The notes beneath the pieces are model-generated. The model was not told where the DNA came from. It worked only from the letters and a program-made list of their open reading frames with translations, and searched no databases. From Alistipes dispar (lineage in GTDB: Bacteria; Bacteroidota; Bacteroidia; Bacteroidales; Rikenellaceae), in contig NZ_AP019736.1 in NCBI RefSeq assembly GCF_006542685.1, positions 902,268-934,267 of the forward strand: a stretch of DNA of 32,000 nucleotides, read 5' to 3'. The translations under genes were made by a program, and so were the position numbers. Below, piece after piece: positions 27,933 to 32,000 of this stretch. Each line of letters starts with the position of its first letter. Position 1 is the stretch's first letter.

Positions 27933-29042
27933 TTATTTTCCGGCTGCGGGAGCCTCGGCCCTGGCGGTCGAATCGGCGGGAGCCGGCTCTACATAGGGCG
28001 TCACATCCACCAGCTCGACCTCGAACTCCAGTGCCTCGTTGGGACCGATGTCGCGGCCCTGTCCCGTGGGACCGTAAGCCAGCTCGGCGGGAATCCAGAG
28101 CTTGATCGTACCGCCTTTGCCCACCAGCTGCATGCCTTCGGTCCAGCCGCGGATCACCCGGTTGAGCGGGAACTCGATCGGCTCGTCCTTGTCATAGCTG
28201 TCGGGGCGCTGCTTCTTGAGCATCTCCTGCTGCTCCTTGGAACGCTCCGAGAAGTGCGTCGTGTCGAACACCTTGCCCTTGCGCGTGCGGCCCGTGTAGT
28301 GCACCTTCACCACGTCGCGCGGATCCTTGGCCATCACCGAAGCGTCGCCCTCCTCGACCACCTTGTAGAGCAGACCCGACTCGGTCTTCTTCACGCCCGA
28401 CTGCTTCTCGATCTTCGAGAGCCACTCCTCCGAAGCCTTGGCGTTCTGCATCGGCATCGTCACCATGAAGTAGTGCTGCAAATACTGGCCCACCTCCTTC
28501 TCGGGCATCTTGGCCGTATTGTCGAACACGTCCTGAATCGCCTGGCCGATCCAAACCACCTGGAGCGGCAGTCCGGCGTTGGCGATCGTGAAGCCGATGT
28601 CGTTGCCCAGCGCATAGGAGAGGCTGTCGCGCTCCTCCTCGGTGGCGAACATGGCCGGATCGGCCGCAGGATACTCCACCTTGGTCGTATCGCCGCCCGC
28701 ACGGCGTACGCTGTCGGCCTCGGCGCGCTGCTTGGCGATGGCCTGCGCACGCTCGCCGCGCTTGGTCATGAAGTAGGTGCGCAGCGTCTCCAGCGCGTCG
28801 TCGTGCGAGAGCGAGGACTTGCCCAGCGCGGTCTCCTCGACCCCCTTGCGAATCAGTTGGGCGTCGAACGGAATGTCCTTCATCTGATAACCGAGGCTGT
28901 ACCCGATATTGGCGCCCAGCGCATACGACAGCGAGTCGAATTTCGACAGGCTGCCCTTCTGCACCCCGTCCGCATTGCCGCCTCCGCAGGAGGCCAGCAT
29001 CGCAGCGCCCGCGAGCGCCGCTGCAAAAAAGATTTTTTTCAT
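27933..29042 (-). CDS. FKBP-type peptidyl-prolyl cis-trans isomerase lipoprotein (duplicated N-domain)
   Basis: 369 aa with lipobox AMLASCGG. It has two FKBP_N-like helical modules, each beginning DSLSYALG. The C-terminal FKBP domain reads VKVHYTGRT..FPLNRVIRGWTEGMQL..IKLWIPAELAYG. Confidence 0.9.
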   Translation of the reverse strand: MKKIFFAAALAGAAMLASCGGGNADGVQKGSLSKFDSLSYALGANIGYSLGYQMKDIPFDAQLIRKGVEETALGKSSLSHDDALETLRTYFMTKRGERAQAIAKQRAEADSVRRAGGDTTKVEYPAADPAMFATEEERDSLSYALGNDIGFTIANAGLPLQVVWIGQAIQDVFDNTAKMPEKEVGQYLQHYFMVTMPMQNAKASEEWLSKIEKQSGVKKTESGLLYKVVEEGDASVMAKDPRDVVKVHYTGRTRKGKVFDTTHFSERSKEQQEMLKKQRPDSYDKDEPIEFPLNRVIRGWTEGMQLVGKGGTIKLWIPAELAYGPTGQGRDIGPNEALEFEVELVDVTPYVEPAPADSTARAEAPAAGK

Positions 29043-29131
29043 CGTTTTCGAATTATTACGTTTTTACATCGAAGTTTCTCTTCGGCCGCGGCCTCCCGCA
29101 TCCGTCCGGGACGGGAAGGCTCAAATTCGCA

Positions 29132-29139
29132 CAAAGATA
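29132..29139 (-). promoter_or_regulatory. -7 box TATCTTTG upstream of the 369-aa FKBP gene
   Basis: Plus strand caaagata is TATCTTTG on the minus strand, 89 nt upstream of the ATG at 29042, in the 123-nt gap after the preceding FKBP gene. Confidence 0.4.
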
Positions 29140-29165
29140 GTAAAATAATACTACAATGCACCCGG

Positions 29166-29888
29166 TCAGCGGCGTAATTTGTTGCGCCGCGACCATTCGG
29201 CGTACTTATCGACACCGACCAGCTCGATTTCGTAGAACAGCGTGGCGTTCGGCCCGATTCCCAGCGTCTTGTCGCCCTCGGCGCCGTAGGCCGCCGCCGC
29301 GGGAATCCACGCTTCGATCCGGCCGCCCCGTCCGATGAGTTTCACGCTCTCGCGCACGCCCCGGCGCAGGGAGCCCAGCGCGTCGCGCAGCGTGTCGCCC
29401 CGCTCGTAGGAGGAGTAGAGCTGTCGGCCGTCGGCCGTGCGAATCACGCAGCGCAGCGCCACGCTGTCCCGGTCGGTGGCCGGGATCCGCTCCTGGTCGC
29501 CGACCGCCGTGACCGTATAGGTCACGCCCGAACCGGTGCGGGCATACGAGCGGTTCGACTTGGCGATATCCTCCAGAAACCGCTCCTCGTATTCGCGCGC
29601 CTTCTCGGGAAGCATGTAATTGACATATCCGAGGTAGAAGGTGCGGGCCTCCTCCCCGCTCAGGCGCGTCTTCTCCCGGAAGACGTCGCGGATGCCCTCG
29701 CAGACGGCCTCCACGTTGATCGTCGAGTCCATCCGTTGCAGGTTCAGCCCCACGTTCATTCCGATCACGTAAGCCACCGAATCGGTGTCCTTCGCCAGCT
29801 TCAAGCTTCCGCCCGTCTTTTTCGAGCAGGCCCCGGCCAGCAGCAGCGCGAGGGCCGGAAAAATCCACAATCTCCTGTCCATATTCAT
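29166..29888 (-). CDS. FKBP-type peptidyl-prolyl cis-trans isomerase lipoprotein
   Basis: The last 240 aa of the 756-aa track ORF: MNMDRRLWIFPALALLLAGACSKK... with an FKBP_N-like part (DSVAYVIGMNVG) and an FKBP domain (GRIEAWIPAAAAYG...LFYEIELVGV). The ATG at 29888 overlaps the nhaA stop (ATGA). The upstream 516 codons of the track ORF run out of frame through nhaA. Confidence 0.88.
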   Translation of the reverse strand: MNMDRRLWIFPALALLLAGACSKKTGGSLKLAKDTDSVAYVIGMNVGLNLQRMDSTINVEAVCEGIRDVFREKTRLSGEEARTFYLGYVNYMLPEKAREYEERFLEDIAKSNRSYARTGSGVTYTVTAVGDQERIPATDRDSVALRCVIRTADGRQLYSSYERGDTLRDALGSLRRGVRESVKLIGRGGRIEAWIPAAAAYGAEGDKTLGIGPNATLFYEIELVGVDKYAEWSRRNKLRR

Positions 29889-31267
29889 CGAATCCGTTTT
29901 TTGCCGAACAACACGATCAGCAGCGACCCCGCGAGGGCCGCGGCCGCCGAACCCATCAGAATGGCGATTTTGCCGCGATCGACCAGCCCGGGATCGGAGA
30001 AGGCCAGCGAATCGACGAACAGCGACATCGTGAACCCGATGCCGCCCAGACACGCCACGGCCAGCAGCATGCGCCACGTCGCCCCTTCGGGCATCGCGGC
30101 AAGACCCGTGCGCACGGCGCACCAACTGGCGAGAAAAATGCCCAGCGGCTTGCCCGCCAGCAGTCCGAAAAAGACGCCCATGCCCACCGCCCCGGTCCCG
30201 GGCGCACGGTGGAAGATGTCGAAATAGGCCGCCGACTCGATCACGACGCCGGCATTGGCCAGCGCGAAGATCGGCATGACGAGGAACGTGACATAGGGCG
30301 CAAGGGCGTGCTCCAGCCGGTCGCTCATACCCACCGCCTCGGTCGAAAGGCCGCCGACACGGCGCAGGCAGGCCCGCTGGGCCTCGTCGGGAAAATCCTC
30401 CCCTGCGGTTTCTATCCCGTCGAAACACCCTTTGAGCCGGCGCATCTTCCGCACGAAATACTCGCGGCCGTAACGCGGTTCCATCGGGATCAGCAGCGCC
30501 ATCGCCACGCCCGAAATGGTCGAGTGGACGCCCGAATAGTAGAACAGGCTCCAGACGGCCACGGCGGGAACGAGATAGAAGGCCATGCGTTTCTCCCCGA
30601 GCCGCTTCATCGCATAGACGCCGAGCATGATCGCCAGCGCCAGCACGAGGCAGCCCAGCCGGACCTCGCCGCCGTAAAAGAACGCGATCACCAGAATGGC
30701 CCCCAGGTCGTCGGCGACGGCCAGCGCCATGAGGAATATCTTGAGCGATACGGGAATGCGCCGTTCCAGCATCGAGAGGATGCCGACGGCGAAGGCGATG
30801 TCCGTGGCCGTCGGAATTCCCCACCCGGAAGCCGCGGGCGTGCCGTGGTTGAAGAGCGTGAAGACGACCGCCGGAGCGATCATGCCTCCCGCGGCGGCCA
30901 CCACCGGAAGGATCGCCTGCCGGAACGAGGAGAGCTGTCCGCGCACCACCTCCCGCTTGATCTCCAGCCCCACGGCGAAGAAGAAGACCACCATCAGGCC
31001 GTCGTTGATGAGCTTCTCGACGTTCATCCCCCGCGGAAAGATCCAGTCGATCACCCCCGTCGGCGAATGCACCATCACCGAAAGCTCGGTCTCGAGCAGA
31101 TGGCGGTAATAGATCTTCGTGGCGGGCAGGTTCGCCAGCAGCATGGCCGCCACGACGCACGCCAGCAGCACGACGCCGCCGGCCCACGGGGCGCGCATGA
31201 ACGCCTTCGCGCGGAGCGTCGCCACATGCAGCGTCCTGATCCACCCGTATTTGGATATGAGCCGCAT
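29885..31267 (-). CDS. nhaA: Na+/H+ antiporter NhaA
   Basis: 460 aa with NhaA hallmarks: FFFAVGLEIKREVVRGQL, GWGIPTATDIAFAVGIL and LMALAVADDLGAILVIAFFY. Confidence 0.93.
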   Translation of the reverse strand: MRLISKYGWIRTLHVATLRAKAFMRAPWAGGVVLLACVVAAMLLANLPATKIYYRHLLETELSVMVHSPTGVIDWIFPRGMNVEKLINDGLMVVFFFAVGLEIKREVVRGQLSSFRQAILPVVAAAGGMIAPAVVFTLFNHGTPAASGWGIPTATDIAFAVGILSMLERRIPVSLKIFLMALAVADDLGAILVIAFFYGGEVRLGCLVLALAIMLGVYAMKRLGEKRMAFYLVPAVAVWSLFYYSGVHSTISGVAMALLIPMEPRYGREYFVRKMRRLKGCFDGIETAGEDFPDEAQRACLRRVGGLSTEAVGMSDRLEHALAPYVTFLVMPIFALANAGVVIESAAYFDIFHRAPGTGAVGMGVFFGLLAGKPLGIFLASWCAVRTGLAAMPEGATWRMLLAVACLGGIGFTMSLFVDSLAFSDPGLVDRGKIAILMGSAAAALAGSLLIVLFGKKRIR

Positions 31268-32000
31268 CTACTTCCCGGCTTTTTCCGCGTTCGACGCCAG
31301 CGTCAGTCCGCAGAGTTTCCAAAGGATGCGGGCGCCCGTGATGGCGTCGATCCGCTGGTCGGGCGCGGGGCACACCTCCACCACGTCGAACCCGATGATC
31401 CGGCGCCCCGAACGGGCGAGCACGGCCAGCAGCCACACGGCCTCGTTGAAGGTCAGGCCGCCCGACACGGGTGTTCCGGTGTGGGGGCAGTTCTCAAAGG
31501 TCAGGCCGTCGATGTCGAAGCTGACGTACACCTCCCGGGGCAGCGTCCCGACGATCCGCCGGCACTGGTCGTCCCACGTCTCGCCCCGGAAACGGGCCGC
31601 GGCGAGCGAGAGGTCGTCGAAGGTCGCAATGCGCTCCGACGAGGCGGCCAGCGCGGCCTCCCCCTCGCTGAAATCGCGCACCCCGACCTGGGCGATCCGC
31701 ACCGCCTGCGGCACGTCGCGCAGCACGTTGAACATGATCGAGGCGTGCGAAAATTCGAACCCTTCGTAGGCGTCGCGCAGGTCGCAATGGGCGTCGATAT
31801 GAAGAATGCCGAACTCGGCGTGGCGCGCCCCGAGCGCCCGGATCAGTCCGTAGGGGGTCGAATGGTCGCCGCCCACGAGGCCCACGATCCGGCCTGCGTC
31901 GAGCCAGCGCGCCGCCTGCGACTCGATATTGGCGTTCATGGCCGCGCAACCCTCGTTCACGCGGCGCACCTTGCGCACGACGTACTCGTCGTCGGGCGAA
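31268..32000 (-). CDS. Arginase-fold ureohydrolase (agmatinase/formimidoylglutamase-like), C-terminal part; gene continues past the right edge
   Basis: Mn-binding motifs GGDHS, HIDAHCDLRD and VSFDIDGL are present. The frame stays open from 31978 to base 32000 (..SPDDEYVVRKVRRVNEG..), so the track GTG start is not the real start. The TAG stop at 31268-31270 abuts the nhaA ATG. Confidence 0.85.
   Translation of the reverse strand, partial: SPDDEYVVRKVRRVNEGCAAMNANIESQAARWLDAGRIVGLVGGDHSTPYGLIRALGARHAEFGILHIDAHCDLRDAYEGFEFSHASIMFNVLRDVPQAVRIAQVGVRDFSEGEAALAASSERIATFDDLSLAAARFRGETWDDQCRRIVGTLPREVYVSFDIDGLTFENCPHTGTPVSGGLTFNEAVWLLAVLARSGRRIIGFDVVEVCPAPDQRIDAITGARILWKLCGLTLASNAEKAGK

Noticed and set aside
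27571-27996. 141-aa ORF, with 27408-27803 and 27688-27909 on the minus strand, in the large convergent intergenic region: possible hidden small genes.
   Set aside because: The composition is Arg/Pro/Gly-rich, there is no start context or promoter box, and one of them overlaps the 3' end of the FKBP gene. I treat the region as non-coding.
29166-31436. 756-aa ORF that appears to fuse an Arg/Gly-rich N-terminus to the FKBP protein.
   Set aside because: Only the last 240 codons (from the ATG at 29888, with signal peptide and lipobox) look like protein. The upstream 516 codons run out of frame through the clearly real nhaA gene (29885-31267).

Overview
This window is a high-GC Bacteroidota chromosomal core region. 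Gene order, TAnnTTTG promoter boxes and protein sequences look Bacteroidales, possibly Alistipes/Rikenellaceae-like; that placement is inference only.

The centre (10.6-23.9 kb, minus strand) is the canonical translation/transcription block: tRNA-Thr, tRNA-Tyr, tRNA-Gly, tuf, tRNA-Trp, secE, nusG, rplK, rplA, rplJ, rplL, rpoB, rpoC.

Left flank:
- A tightly packed minus-strand operon: lipoprotein, PepSY_TM-like protein, ABC ATPase, ABC permease (truncated at base 1).
- An AraC-family regulator and an NhaC-family antiporter.
- An orphan surface lipoprotein in a visibly AT-richer patch.
- tRNA-Ser, HU, a FadL-family outer-membrane channel, tRNA-Arg and L-serine dehydratase.

Right flank:
- A second AraC-family regulator and a tRNA(CAT).
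- L31 type B, a coiled-coil lipoprotein and a DUF3127 OB-fold protein.
- Two FKBP-type PPIase lipoproteins, NhaA and a truncated arginase-fold ureohydrolase.

Almost every transcription unit is preceded by a Bacteroidetes -7 box (TAnnTTTG), and several are followed by clear intrinsic terminators.

I found no CRISPR array, transposase, integrase, phage gene or recognisable defence gene. I cannot point to a convincing novel multi-gene system. The items most worth a second look are:
- A G9 homopolymer inside the signal-peptide codons of the orphan lipoprotein, a candidate slipped-strand phase switch.
- The DUF3127 protein, which carries an SSB-type acidic C-terminal tip (DDLPF).
- Two tRNAs with non-canonical elbow nucleotides: tRNA-Gly with a compensating A19:U56 change, and tRNA-CAT with swapped A54 and U58.
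- The uncharacterised lipoprotein/PepSY_TM/ABC operon.
- An exact 24-nt promoter module shared by two unrelated genes.
- An AraC regulator with an N-terminal CX3CX2C motif.

The many very long alternative-frame and antisense ORFs in the track are high-GC artefacts.
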